DNA of 64,000 bases from Macrostomum hystrix (Eukaryota; Animalia; Platyhelminthes): positions 1 through 64,000 of the forward strand of contig CATNEN010000039.1 in NCBI GenBank assembly GCA_950097015.1, given 5' to 3'. The notes under the pieces were generated by a model. That model ran no database searches. It was not told where the DNA came from and saw nothing but the letters and a program-made list of their open reading frames with translations. Of the stretch, positions 36,189-49,900 are shown one piece after another (the first letter of the stretch is position 1; every line of letters begins with the position of its first letter). A program made the translations under genes and the position numbers.

Positions 36189-37367
36189 CGCGCTTCGCTA
36201 TGCTAACTCCTATGTTTATTGTATGTATTGTGCCACGGCATTTTCATTTCCATTGTACAGGATATATTCTCTCCCTGTCCCAATTCTTGCAGATGCGACC
36301 TGCTCTTCAAAGCGTGCCGAATTCTCTCCCTGTCCCAATTCTTGCAGATGCGACCTGCTCTTCAAAGCGTGCCGAGTTCTCTCCCTGTCCCAATTCTTGC
36401 AGATGCGACCTGCTCTTCAAAGCGTGCCGAGTTCTCTCCCTGTGCCGCAATTCCTTATTCATCTCACCTCAATGCACTTTCACCTCAAACGCAATCAACA
36501 TAATATTGTGCACCACGTGTCATTTTTCTATTTACTCCATTTTACTACATTTTTTACTACATATTACTACATTTTATGGCACGCAGTTATTAATACATCT
36601 CGAAGCACGACATTTAGTAAAACCTCCAAGGTACAGCGAAAGTGCACCAATGCACCACTCACGAAATTCAATAGAATATTTATTTATCGAACGCAAAACA
36701 TGGGGCTCTATTTTCTAACAGATTCATTTATTTACATTAAGAACATTTATAAGAAACAGCCGGCCCCACACAACGTTGCATGCGCACTCAGTGTCTGTGT
36801 CAGCATTATTATTTTAATGATAAAATTGTTTTAATGATATTTATTATTTTATTGTAATTATTTTAATGATATTATAATCCTTTCTATACACTTTTTTTGT
36901 ATCCAATTTCTTCAGGTCATGCAAACCTAAAATCGATTAATTTTGATTTCCTCATCTTGGTTGACCTGTAATAATAATACGGTGATAATTCAAGAGTAGG
37001 TTGGGTAGAGCGTAGGAGTAGGTTGGGTAGAGCGTAGGAGTAGGTTGGGTAGAGCGTAGGAGTAGGTTGGGTAGAGCGTAGGAGTAGGTTGGGTAGAGTG
37101 TTGGAGTAGGTTGGGTAGAGTGAAGGAGTAGAATGGGTAGGGTAGGTAGAGTAGAGAGCGGATTCTGAACGGGATGAGAGGAGGCGGTATACAGGACGTG
37201 TCAACATAGTATTGTGCACCACGTGTCATTTTTCTGTTTTTGCTTTTGATATCAATAAATCCAATAAGAACTGCTCGTATTTACGCTCGCAATGTTGTTT
37301 TATTGTGCACAAAACATGGAGCATTGTTTTTTTGTTCATTTTTGCTTTAGACTGGAGAATGAGATGA

Positions 37368-38420
37368 GGGGTGGCTAGGTTGGGAATTGGGTGGCTAGGT
37401 GGGGAGTTGGGTGGCTAGGTTGGGAGGTTTGTCGGGCTAGGTGGGGAGTTGGCTAGGTGGGGAATTCGGTGGCTAGGTGGGGAATTGGGTGGCTAGGTGG
37501 GGAGTTGGGTGGCGAGGTGGGGAGTTGGGTGGCTAGGTTGGGAGGTTTGTCGGGCTAGTTGGGGAGTTGGCTAGGTGGGGAATTGGGTGGCTAGGTGGGG
37601 AGTTGGCTGGCTAGGTGGGGTGTTGGGTGGCTAGGTGGGGAGTTGGCTGGCTAGGTGGGGAGTTGGCTGGCTAGGTGGGGTGTTGGGTGGCTAGGTGGGC
37701 AGTTGGGTGGCTAGGTGGGGAGTTGGCTGGCTAGGTGGGGTGTTGGGTGGCTAGGTGGGCAGTTGGGTGGCTAGGTGGGGAGTTGGCTAGGTGGGGTGTT
37801 GGCTAGGTGGGGAGTTAGGTGGCTAGGTGGGGTGTTGGCTAGGTGGGGAGTTGGGTGGCTGGGTGGGCAGTTGGGTGGCTAGGTGGGGAGTTGGCTAGGT
37901 GGGGTGTTGGCTAGGTGGGGAGTTGGGTGGCTGGGTGGGCAGTTGGGTGGCTAGGTGGGCAGTTGGGTGGCTAGGTGGGGAGTTGGCTAGGTGGGGAGTT
38001 GGCTGGCTAGGTGGGCAGTTGGGTGGCTAGGTGGGGAGTTGGCTAGGTGGGGTGTTGGCTAGGTGGGGAGTTGGGTGGCTAGGTGGGGAGTTGGGTGGCT
38101 AGGTGGGGAGTTGGCTGGCTAGGTGGGCAGTTGGGTGGCTAGGTGGGGAGTTGGCTAGGTGGGGTGTTGGCTAGGTGGGGAGTTAGGTGGCTAGGTGGGG
38201 TGTTGGCTAGGTGGGGAGTTGGGTGGCTGGGTGGGCAGTTGGGTGGCTAGGTGGGCAGTTGGGTGGCTAGGTAGGGAGTTGGCTGGCTAGGTGGGCAGTT
38301 GGGTGGCTAGGTGGGGAGTTGGCTAGGTGGGGTGTTGGCTAGGTGGGGAGTTGGGTGGCTAAAAGGGCAGTTGGGTGGCTAGGTGGGCAGTTGGGTGGCT
38401 AGTTGGGGAGTTGGCTAGAT
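37368..38420 (+). repeat. G-rich 16/20-bp minisatellite, longest tract; ends the gene array
   Basis: Same unit as 32097-32890, extended by ~350 bp past the duplication breakpoint. Confidence 0.93.
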
Positions 38421-39237
38421 GTTGGCTAGTTTTTTATTTTTTGTTGGATAATCATTTCTGTTCACAAAATGATTCCAGGGCTGTCTATTGTCGCGCCAGT
38501 CTGCGATGGCAGAGGTGGCAGAGGTCACCACTGAGGTGGCAGAAGATGAGTGGTGCCCCAGGCACCATTTAAGCTGCTGCCAAAAGTTGCTGGCCAATAC
38601 GTGCCGTAGGAAACATTGTCCAAGAGACAATGATTTCTACGCAATCTGCAATCGGCCAGGCTGCTTTTGGGGGCAAAATTCATGGTGCGAGGGGCCAGTT
38701 CCTTCGTGTTCTAAGCCGTCTTCGCCGCCTAAGCCTGGTTTAGACTGGCAAAGCTGCACTGTGCGGACCGCTTCTGCAAAATATCGTTGGTCCGTTCGTT
38801 TGGCTGCCAAACGTGCCGCAACTGGCAAAGTGCCAAGCCTAGCCACGCTGGCCAGTCTGGCGGCTTGCAGAAGCGGACCACTGCCACTGCACTTATGCAG
38901 TTGTGGTGTGCGGAAGGTTTTGGTCACCGACCTATGAATGAGTGACCCCTTAACGAAAAAACGGCCTTTTTCAGGGCCACCAAATTCGTGATTCTTGCGT
39001 TTAGTCAACTCTTTTAACTCCGCCATTGCCGGTCCCCAGCCCGGATGAAAAAGGAGGAGGGAAAGAAAATATACACATGCTCACGTTCGTGTCACTGTTT
39101 TTCTGTTTTCATTTTTGATAAAACTGTCTTGCCATTTTCCACTTGAAATGTCTCATGATGCTTTTTGTCTTTCTTATTTTCCGCATTACGTTGTAAATTG
39201 TAAACTAACGAAAGTAGTCAACTAAAAAGTCGCGAAG

Positions 39238-39390
39238 TCTGGTATCTGTTTGGCATTGGCATAGTGTCTGGCATGTGTCTGGCATCAGTTTGGCATTGTG
39301 TCTGGCATCGGCGTCTGTCTGGTGACTGTCTTGCATCTGTTTGGCATGGTGTCTGGCATTGGCATGTCTGGCATCTGTTTGGCATAAGCA
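39238..39390 (+). repeat. Short degenerate (GTCT/GTTT)GGCAT repeat
   Basis: About 10 TGGCAT motifs. Confidence 0.7.
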
Positions 39391-39956
39391 TCTCATGTGT
39401 GTATTTTTTAACTGATGGGTATAAAAGTGCAAGCAAAGCGCAGTTAAAAAACATTCTTTTGTGTGTGTGCTTTGCCTTTTTAGCTAAAACTAACAGTTAT
39501 AGTTTAATTTATATTTAACATAAACTTCTCTCGCGCTGCACATTTAACAATTTAGTAGCTTGGTCAGCAAACAAAGGAAGACAAAAAAGACCCAGGATTA
39601 TTAGCTTTATGCTACAAGTGTTATGCATTTCTAATCACTGCGTTGAATAGCACATATCAGTTTATGGTATCTAAATATCGTGGTGGAGGAATCCACTTGA
39701 TGGACGTTAGTATTCGTCATTCGAGTAATTAGGAGTCTGAATTGAAAAGCCAGGATGGGATTGAGAAGATTTCAGTAGTGTATTCAGAGAAGCGATCAGG
39801 ACGAGCAAAAAATGAGAAAAGAAAGGCATTATTATTAGAGTAGCGTTCAGGGCGAGATGTGGAAAATTGAAGATTTGGATCGGGGAAATCGTGATTAAAA
39901 TAGAAATTTGGGTCTACGAGGTGCATTCAAAAAGTTCTTTTCGGTCCTTTGGCATT

Positions 39957-40571
39957 AATAGGGACTACAGTAGGAGAAACCAACTGATGCCAACTGTGCA
40001 CCAATTCAACTAAATAGGGACTACAGTAGGAGAAACCAACTGATGCCAACTGTGCACCAACTCAACCAAATAGGGACTACAGGAGAAACCAACTGACGCC
40101 AACTGTACACCAACTTAATTAAATAGAGACTAAAGTGGGAGAAACCAACTGATGCCAACTGTGCACCAATTCAAATAAATAGGGACTACAGTAGGAGAAA
40201 CCAACTGACGCCAACTCTACACCATCTCAACTAAATAGAGACTACAGTAGGAGAAACCAACTGATGCCAACTGTGCACCAATTCAACTAAATAGGGACTA
40301 CAGTAGGAGAAACCAACTGATGCCAACTGTACACCATCTCAACTAAATAGAGACTACAGTAGGAGAAACCAACTGATGCCAACTGTGCACCAATTCAAAT
40401 AAATAGGGACTACAGTAGGAGACACCAACTGACGCCAACTGTACACCATCTCAACTAAATAGAGACTACAGTAGGAGAAACCAACTGATGCCAACTGTGC
40501 ACCATCTCAACTAAATAGAGACTACAGTAGGAGAAACCAACTGACGCCAACTGTACACCAACTGTACACCA
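39957..40571 (+). repeat. 56-bp tandem repeat AG(G/A)GACTACAGTAGGAGAAACCAACTGA(T/C)GCCAACTGT(G/A)CACCA...
   Basis: About 11 units, period 56 (39961 to 40017). Confidence 0.95.
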
Positions 40572-40943
40572 ACAGAAAGTTGTGGCTTTTTTTAGAATTC
40601 CATGAGTTTGACTTGTTATCCGTCAATGTCTTTGACTTTCCATAAAGTCAATGCTTCCTACATCCTTCTCGGGCCGATTCGAGACAGTTCCCGAGGTCCT
40701 AGGGAACTGATTTTGGTGTCGTTCGAAAGGCCTGGCGATGCTCTATAGATTCCGGTTGAGTCCCCCGAGATTTTCTTTTGGGAGGCCAACTTGGGCTCTG
40801 AGCGGCTACCTAACTTGTCAAAGAGCAATATTAAGTCGAAAATTTGCCAAGGTCGAAATTTCCGTCATTGGTGGGCAATGTTGGAAATGACATTTCTCGA
40901 CTAGAGGTTGACGCCCCGAGTCTAGAGGCGCCAGTCCGGCGCC
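40572..40943 (-). repeat. Single inverted, nearly complete (372 bp) monomer of the 385-bp satellite
   Basis: Reverse complement of the main-array unit; ends inside the hairpin arm (...CCAGTCCGGCGCC|). Confidence 0.95.
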
Positions 40944-40946
40944 ATC

Positions 40947-43900
40947 TCCTATGAGAGCCGATTCCTATGAGAGCCGATTCCTATGAGAGCCGATTCCTAT
41001 GAGAGCCGATTCCTATGAGAGCCGATTCCTATGAGAGCCGATTCCTATGAGAGCCGATTCCTATGAGAGCCGATTCCTATGAGAGCCGATTCCTATGAGG
41101 GCCGATTCCTATGAGAGCCGATTCCTATGAGGGCCGATTCCTATGAGAGCCGATTCCTATGAGGGCCGATTCCTATTAGGGCCGATTCCTATAAGAGCCG
41201 ATTCCTATGAGAGCCGATTCCTATGAGAGCCGATTCCTATGAGAGCCGATTCTTTTGAGAGCCGATTCCTATGTGAGCCGATTCCTATGAGAGCCGATTC
41301 CTATGAGAGCCGATTCCTATGAGGGCCGATTCCTATTAGGGCCGATTCCTATGAGAGCCGATTCCTATGAGAGCCGATTCCTATGAGAGCCGATTCCTAT
41401 GAGACCCGATTCCTATGAGGGCCGATTCCTATGAGAGCCGATTCCTATGAGAGCCGATTCCTATGAGAGCCGATTCCTATGAGAGCCGATTCCTATGAGA
41501 GCCGATTCCTATGAGGGCCGATTCCGATGAGAGCCGATTCCTATGAGAGCCGATTCCTATGAGAGCCGATTCCTCTGAGAGCCGATTCCTATGAGAGCCG
41601 ATTCCTATGAGGGCCGATTCCTATGAGAGCCGATTCCAATGAGAGCCGACTCCTATGAGAGCCGATTCCTATGAGAGCCGATTCCTATGAGAGCCGATTC
41701 CTATGAGAGCCGATTCCTATGAGGGCCGATTCCTATTAGGGCCGATTCCTATGAGAGCCGATTTCTATGAGAGCCGATTCCTATGAGAGCCGATTCCTAT
41801 GTGAGCCGATTCCTATGAGAGCCGATTCCTATGAGAGCCGATTCCTCTGAGAGCCGATTCCTATGAGAGCCGATTCCTATGAGGGCCGATTCCTATGAGA
41901 GCCGATTCCTATGACAGCCGATTCCTTTGAGAGCCGATTCCTATGAGAGCCGATTCCTATGAGAGCCGATTCCTATGAGGGCCGATTCCTATGAGAGCCG
42001 ATTCCTATGAGGGCCGATTCCTATGAGAGCCGATTCCCTATGAGAGCCAATTCCTATGAGAGCCGATTCCTATGAGAGCCGATTCCTATGTGAGCCGATT
42101 CCTATGAGACCCGATTCCTATGAGAGCCGATTCCCTAATAGACCCGATTCCTATGAGAGCCGATTCCTATGAGAGCCGATTCCTATGAGAGCCGATTCCT
42201 ATGAGGGCCGATTCCTATGAGACCCGATTCCTATGAGAGCCGATTCCTATAAGAGCCGATTCCTATGAGAGCCGATTCCTATGAGAGCCGATTCCTATGA
42301 GAGCCGATTCCTATGAGAGCCGATTTCTATGAGAGCCGATTCCTATGAGAGCCGATTCCTATGAGGGCCGATTCCTATTAGGGCCGATTCCTATGAGAGC
42401 CGATTCCTATGAGAGCCGATTCCTATGAGAGCCGATTCCTATGAGAGCCGATTCCTATGAGACCCGATTCCTATGAGGGCCGATTCCTATGAGAGCCGAT
42501 TCCTATGAGAGCCGATTCCTATGAGAGCCGATTCCTATGAGAGCCGATTCCTATGAGAGCCGATTCCTATGAGAGCCGATTCCTATGAGAGCCGATTCCT
42601 ATGAGGGCCGATTCCTATGAGACCCGATTCCTATACTATGAGGGCCGATTCCTATGAGAGCCGATTCCTATGAGGGCCGATTCCTATGAGAGCCGATTCC
42701 TATGAGAGCCGATTCCTATGAGAGCCGATTTCTATGAGAGCCGGATCCTATGGGAGCCGATTCCTATGAGAGCCGATTACTATGAGACCCGATTCCTATG
42801 AGAGCCGATAACTATGAGAGCCGATTCCTATGAGAGCCGATTCCTATGAGGGCCGATTCCTATGAGAGCCGATTCCTATGAGAGCCGATTCCTATGAGAG
42901 CCGATTCCTCTGAGAGCCGATTCCTATGAGAGCCGATTCCTATGAGGGCCGATTCCTATGAGAGCCGATTCCAATGAGAGCCGACTCCTATGAGAGCCGA
43001 TTCCTATGAGAGCCGATTCCTATGAGAGCCGATTCCTATGAGAGCCGATTCCTATGAGGGCCGATTCCTATTAGGGCCGATTCCTATGAGAGCCGATTTC
43101 TATGAGAGCCGATTCCTATGAGAGCCGATTCCTATGTGAGCCGATTCCTATGAGAGCCGATTCCTATGAGAGCCGATTCCTCTGAGAGCTGATTCCTATG
43201 AGAGCCGATTCCTATGAGGGCCGATTCCTATGAGAGCCGATTCCTATGAGAGCCGATTCCTTTGAGAGCCGATTCCTATGAGAGCCGATTCCTATGAGAG
43301 CCGATTCCTATGAGGGCCGATTCCTATGAGAGCCGATTCCTATGAGGGCCGATTCCTATGAGAGCCGATTCCCTATGAGAGCCAATTCCTATGAGAGCCG
43401 ATTCCTATGAGAGCCGATTCCTATGTGAGCCGATTCCTATGAGACCCGATTCCTATGAGAGCCGATTCCCTAATAGACCCGATTCCTATGAGAGCCGATT
43501 CCTCTGAGAGCCGATTCCTATGAGAGCCGATTCCTATGAGGGCCGATTCCTATGAGAGCCGATTCCTATGAGAGCCGATTCCTATGAGGGCCGATTCCTA
43601 TGAGAGCCGATTCCTATGAGGGCCGATTCCTATGAGAGCCGATTCCCTATGAGAGCCGATTTCTATGAGAGCCGATTCCTATGAGAGCCGATTCCTATGA
43701 GAGCCGATTCCTATGAGAGCCGATTCCTATGAGAGCCGATTCCTATGAGAGCCGATTCCTATGAGAGCCGATTCCTATGAGAGCCGATTCCTATGAGAGC
43801 CGATTCCTATAAGAGCCGATTCCTATGAGGGCCGATTCCTATGAGAGCCGATTCCTATGAGAGCCGATTCCTATGAGAGCCGATTTCTATGAGAGCCGAT

Positions 43901-46900
43901 TCCTATGAGAGCCGATTCCTATGAGGGCCGATTCCTATTAGGGCCGAATCCTATGAGAGCCGATTCCTATGAGAGCCGATTCCTATGAGAGCCGATTCCT
44001 ATGAGACCCGATTCCTATGAGGGCCGATTCCTATGAGAGCCGATTCCTATGAGAGCCGATTCCTATGAGAGCCGATTCCTATGAGAGCCGATTCCTATGA
44101 GAGCCGATTCCTATGAGGGCCGATTCCGATGAGAGCCGATTCCTATGAGAGCCGATTCCTATGAGAGCCGATTCCTCTGAGAGCCGATTCCTATGAGAGC
44201 CGATTCCAATGAGAGCCGACTCCTATGAGAGCCGATTCCTATGAGAGCCGATTCCTATGAGAGCCGATTCCTATGAGGGCCGATTCCGATGAGAGCCGAT
44301 TCCTATGAGAGCCGATTCCTATGAGAGCCGATTCCTCTGAGAGCCGATTCCTATGAGAGCCGATTCCTATGAGGGCCGATTCCTATGAGAGCCGATTCCA
44401 ATGAGAGCCGACTCCTATGAGAGCCGATTCCTATGAGAGCCGATTCCTATGAGAGCCGATTCCTATGAGAGCCGATTCCTATGAGGGCCGATTCCTATTA
44501 GGGCCGATTCCTATGAGAGCCGATTTCTATGAGAGCCGATTCCTATGAGAGCCGATTCCTATGTGAGCCGATTCCTATGAGAGCCGATTCCTATGAGAGC
44601 CGATTCCTCTGAGAGCCGATTCCTATGAGAGCCGATTCCTATGAGGGCCGATTCCTATGAGAGCCGATTCCTATGAGAGCCGATTCCTTTGAGAGCCGAT
44701 TCCTATGAGAGCCGATTCCTATGAGAGCCGATTCCTATGAGGGCCGATTCCTATGAGAGCCGATTCCTATGAGGGCCGATTCCTATGAGAGCCGATTCCC
44801 TATGAGAGCCAATTCCTATGAGAGCCGATTCCTATGAGAGCCGATTCCTATGTGAGCCGATTCCTATGAGACCCGATTCCTATGAGAGCCGATTCCCTAA
44901 TAGACCCGATTCCTATGAGAGCCGATTCCTATGAGAGCCGATTCCTATGAGAGCCGATTCCTATGAGGGCCGATTCCTATGAGACCCGATTCCTATGAGA
45001 GCCGATTCCTATAAGAGCCGATTCCTATGAGAGCCGATTCCTATGAGAGCCGATTCCTATGAGAGCCGATTCCTATGAGAGCCGATTTCTATGAGAGCCG
45101 ATTCCTATGAGAGCCGATTCCTATGAGGGCCGATTCCTATTAGGGCCGATTCCTATGAGAGCCGATTCCTATGAGAGCCGATGCCTATGAGAGCCGATTC
45201 CTATGAGAGCCGATTCCTATGAGACCCGATTCCTATGAGGGCCGATTCCTATGAGAGCCGATTCCTATGAGAGCCGATTCCTATGAGAGCCGATTCCTAT
45301 GAGAGCCGATTCCTATGAGAGCCGATTCCTATGAGAGCCGATTCCTATGAGAGCCGATTCCTATGAGGGCCGATTCCTATGAGACCCGATTCCTATACTA
45401 TGAGGGCCGATTCCTATGAGAGCCGATTCCTATGAGGGCCGATTCCTATGAGAGCCGATTCCTATGAGAGCCGATTCCTATGAGAGCCGATTTCTATGAG
45501 AGCCGGATCCTATGGGAGCCGATTCCTATGAGAGCCGATTACTATGAGACCCGATTCCTATGAGAGCCGATAACTATGAGAGCCGATTCCTATGAGAGCC
45601 GATTCCTATGAGGGCCGATTCCTATGAGAGCCGATTCCTATGAGAGCCGATTCCTATGAGAGCCGATTCCTCTGAGAGCCGATTCCTATGAGAGCCGATT
45701 CCTATGAGGGCCGATTCCTATGAGAGCCGATTCCAATGAGAGCCGACTCCTATGAGAGCCGATTCCTATGAGAGCCGATTCCTATGAGAGCCGATTCCTA
45801 TGAGAGCCGATTCCTATGAGGGCCGATTCCTATTAGGGCCGATTCCTATGAGAGCCGATTTCTATGAGAGCCGATTCCTATGAGAGCCGATTCCTATGTG
45901 AGCCGATTCCTATGAGAGCCGATTCCTATGAGAGCCGATTCCTCTGAGAGCTGATTCCTATGAGAGCCGATTCCTATGAGGGCCGATTCCTATGAGAGCC
46001 GATTCCTATGAGAGCCGATTCCTTTGAGAGCCGATTCCTATGAGAGCCGATTCCTATGAGAGCCGATTCCTATGAGGGCCGATTCCTATGAGAGCCGATT
46101 CCTATGAGGGCCGATTCCTATGAGAGCCGATTCCCTATGAGAGCCAATTCCTATGAGAGCCGATTCCTATGAGAGCCGATTCCTATGTGAGCCGATTCCT
46201 ATGAGACCCGATTCCTATGAGAGCCGATTCCCTAATAGACCCGATTCCTATGAGAGCCGATTCCTCTGAGAGCCGATTCCTATGAGAGCCGATTCCTATG
46301 AGGGCCGATTCCTATGAGAGCCGATTCCTATGAGAGCCGATTCCTATGAGGGCCGATTCCTATGAGAGCCGATTCCTATGAGGGCCGATTCCTATGAGAG
46401 CCGATTCCCTATGAGAGCCGATTTCTATGAGAGCCGATTCCTATGAGAGCCGATTCCTATGAGAGCCGATTCCTATGAGAGCCGATTCCTATGAGAGCCG
46501 ATTCCTATGAGAGCCGATTCCTATGAGAGCCGATTCCTATGAGAGCCGATTCCTATGAGAGCCGATTCCTATAAGAGCCGATTCCTATGAGGGCCGATTC
46601 CTATGAGAGCCGATTCCTATGAGAGCCGATTCCTATGAGAGCCGATTTCTATGAGAGCCGATTCCTATGAGAGCCGATTCCTATGAGGGCCGATTCCTAT
46701 TAGGGCCGATTCCTATGAGAGCCGATTCCTATGAGAGCCGATTCCTATGAGAGCCGATTCCTATGAGACCCGATTCCTATGAGGGCCGATTCCTATGAGA
46801 GCCGATTCCTATGAGAGCCGATTCCTATGAGAGCCGATTCCTATGAGAGCCGATTCCTATGAGAGCCGATTCCTATGAGGGCCGATTCCGATGAGAGCCG

Positions 46901-49900
46901 ATTCCTATGAGAGCCGATTCCTATGAGAGCCGATTCCTCTGAGAGCCGATTCCTATGAGAGCCGATTCCAATGAGAGCCGACTCCTATGAGAGCCGATTC
47001 CTATGAGAGCCGATTCCTATGAGAGCCGATTCCTATGAGAGCCGATTCCTATGAGGGCCGATTCCTATTAGGGCCGATTCCTATGAGAGCCGATTTCTAT
47101 GAGAGCCGATTCCTATGAGAGCCGATTCCTATGTGAGCCGATTCCTATGAGAGCCGATTCCTATGAGAGCCGATTCCTCTGAGAGCCGATTCCTATGAGA
47201 GCCGATTCCTATGAGGGCCGATTCCTATGAGAGCCGATTCCTATGAGAGCCGATTCCTTTGAGAGCCGATTCCTATGAGAGCCGATTCCTATGAGAGCCG
47301 ATTCCTATGAGGGCCGATTCCTATGAGAGCCGATTCCTATGAGGGCCGATTCCTATGAGAGCCGATTCCCTATGAGAGCCAATTCCTATGAGAGCCGATT
47401 CCTATGAGAGCCGATTCCTATGTGAGCCGATTCCTATGAGACCCGATTCCTATGAGAGCCGATTCCCTAATAGACCCGATTCCTATGAGAGCCGATTCCT
47501 ATGAGAGCCGATTCCTATGAGAGCCGATTCCTATGAGGGCCGATTCCTATGAGACCCGATTCCTATGAGAGCCGATTCCTATAAGAGCCGATTCCTATGA
47601 GAGCCGATTCCTATGAGAGCCGATTCCTATGAGAGCCGATTCCTATGAGAGCCGATTTCTATGAGAGCCGATTCCTATGAGAGCCGATTCCTATGAGGGC
47701 CGATTCCTATTAGGGCCGATTCCTATGAGAGCCGATTCCTATGAGAGCCGATTCCTATGAGAGCCGATTCCTATGAGAGCCGATTCCTATGAGACCCGAT
47801 TCCTATGAGGGCCGATTCCTATGAGAGCCGATTCCTATGAGAGCCGATTCGTATGAGAGCCGATTCCTATGAGAGCCGATTCCTATGAGAGCCGATTCCT
47901 ATGAGAGCCGATTCCTATGAGAGCCGATTCCTATGAGGGCCGATTCCTATGAGACCCGATTCCTATACTATGAGGGCCGATTCCTATGAGAGCCGATTCC
48001 TATGAGGGCCGATTCCTATGAGAGCCGATTCCTATGAGAGCCGATTCCTATGAGAGCCGATTTCTATGAGAGCCGGATCCTATGGGAGCCGATTCCTATG
48101 AGAGCCGATTACTATGAGACCCGATTCCTATGAGAGCCGATAACTATGAGAGCCGATTCCTATGAGAGCCGATTCCTATGAGGGCCGATTCCTATGAGAG
48201 CCGATTCCTATGAGAGCCGATTCCTATGAGAGCCGATTCCTCTGAGAGCCGATTCCTATGAGAGCCGATTCCTATGAGGGCCGATTCCTATGAGAGCCGA
48301 TTCCAATGAGAGCCGACTCCTATGAGAGCCGATTCCTATGAGAGCCGATTCCTATGAGAGCCGATTCCTATGAGAGCCGATTCCTATGAGGGCCGATTTC
48401 TATGAGAGCCGATTCCTATGAGAGCCGATTCCTATGTGAGCCGATTCCTATGAGAGCCGATTCCTATGAGAGCCGATTCCTCTGAGAGCCGATTCCTATG
48501 AGAGCCGATTCCTATGAGGGCCGATTCCTATGAGAGCCGATTCCTATGAGAGCCGATTCCTTTGAGAGCCGATTCCTATGAGAGCCGATTCCTATGAGAG
48601 CCGATTCCTATGAGGGCCGATTCCTATGAGAGCCGATTCCTATGAGGGCCGATTCCTATGAGAGCCGATTCCCTATGAGAGCCAATTCCTATGAGAGCCG
48701 ATTCCTATGAGAGCCGATTCCTATGTGAGCCGATTCCTATGAGACCCGATTCCTATGAGAGCCGATTCCCTAATAGACCCGATTCCTATGAGAGCCGATT
48801 CCTCTGAGAGCCGATTCCTATGAGAGCCGATTCCTATGAGGGCCGATTCCTATGAGAGCCGATTCCTATGAGAGCCGATTCCTATGAGGGCCGATTCCTA
48901 TGAGAGCCGATTCCTATGAGGGCCGATTCCTATGAGAGCCGATTCCCTATGAGAGCCGATTTCTATGAGAGCCGATTCCTATGAGAGCCGATTCCTATGA
49001 GAGCCGATTCCTATGAGAGCCGATTCCTATGAGAGCCGATTCCTATGAGAGCCGATTCCTATGAGAGCCGATTCCTATGAGAGCCGATTCCTATGAGAGC
49101 CGATTCCTATAAGAGCCGATTCCTATGAGGGCCGATTCCTATGAGAGCCGATTCCTATGAGAGCCGATTCCTATGAGAGCCGATTTCTATGAGAGCCGAT
49201 TCCTATGAGAGCCGATTCCTATGAGGGCCGATTCCTATTAGGGCCGATTCCTATGAGAGCCGATTCCTATGAGAGCCGATTCCTATGAGAGCCGATTCCT
49301 ATGTGAGCCGATTCCTATGAGACCCGATTCCTATGAGAGCCGATTCCCTAATAGACCCGATTCCTATGAGAGCCGATTCCTATGAGAGCCGATTCCCTAT
49401 GAGAGCCGATTCCTATGAGAGCCGACTCCTTTCAGAGCCGATTCCTATGAGAGCCGATTCCTATGAGAGCCGATTCCTATGAGCGCCGATTCCTATGTGA
49501 GCCGATTCCTATGAGAGCCGATTCCTATGAGAGCCGATTCCTATGAGAGCCGATTCCTATGAGAGCCGATTCCTATGAGAGCCGATTCCTCTGAGAGCCG
49601 ATTCCTATGAGAGCCTATTCCTATGAGGGCCGATTCCTATGAGAGCCGATTCCTATGAGAGCCGATTCCTATGAGAGCCGACTCCTATGAGAGCCGATTC
49701 CTATGAGAGCCGATTCCTATGAGAGCCGATTCCTATGTGAGCCGATTCCTATGAGACCCGATTCCTATGAGAGCCGATTCCCTAATAGACCCGATTCCTA
49801 TGAGAGCCGATTCCTATGAGAGCCGATTCCCTATGAGAGCCGATTCCTATGAGAGCCGATTCCTTTCAGAGCCGATTCCTATGAGAGCCGATTCCTATGA

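Larger units (their letters stand above)
27533..38070 (+). repeat. Tandem segmental duplication, unit ~5.25 kb (27533-32797 and 32784-38070)
   Basis: All ORFs repeat at offset 5251 with identical translations; the only difference noticed is one extra 22-bp unit near 37000-37090. Confidence 0.97.

Noticed and set aside
38420-39050. GC-richer unique stretch with ORFs on both strands (38488..38937, 38637..39026)
   Set aside because: No recognisable motif or consistent splice model; may be a decayed gene fragment but cannot be supported
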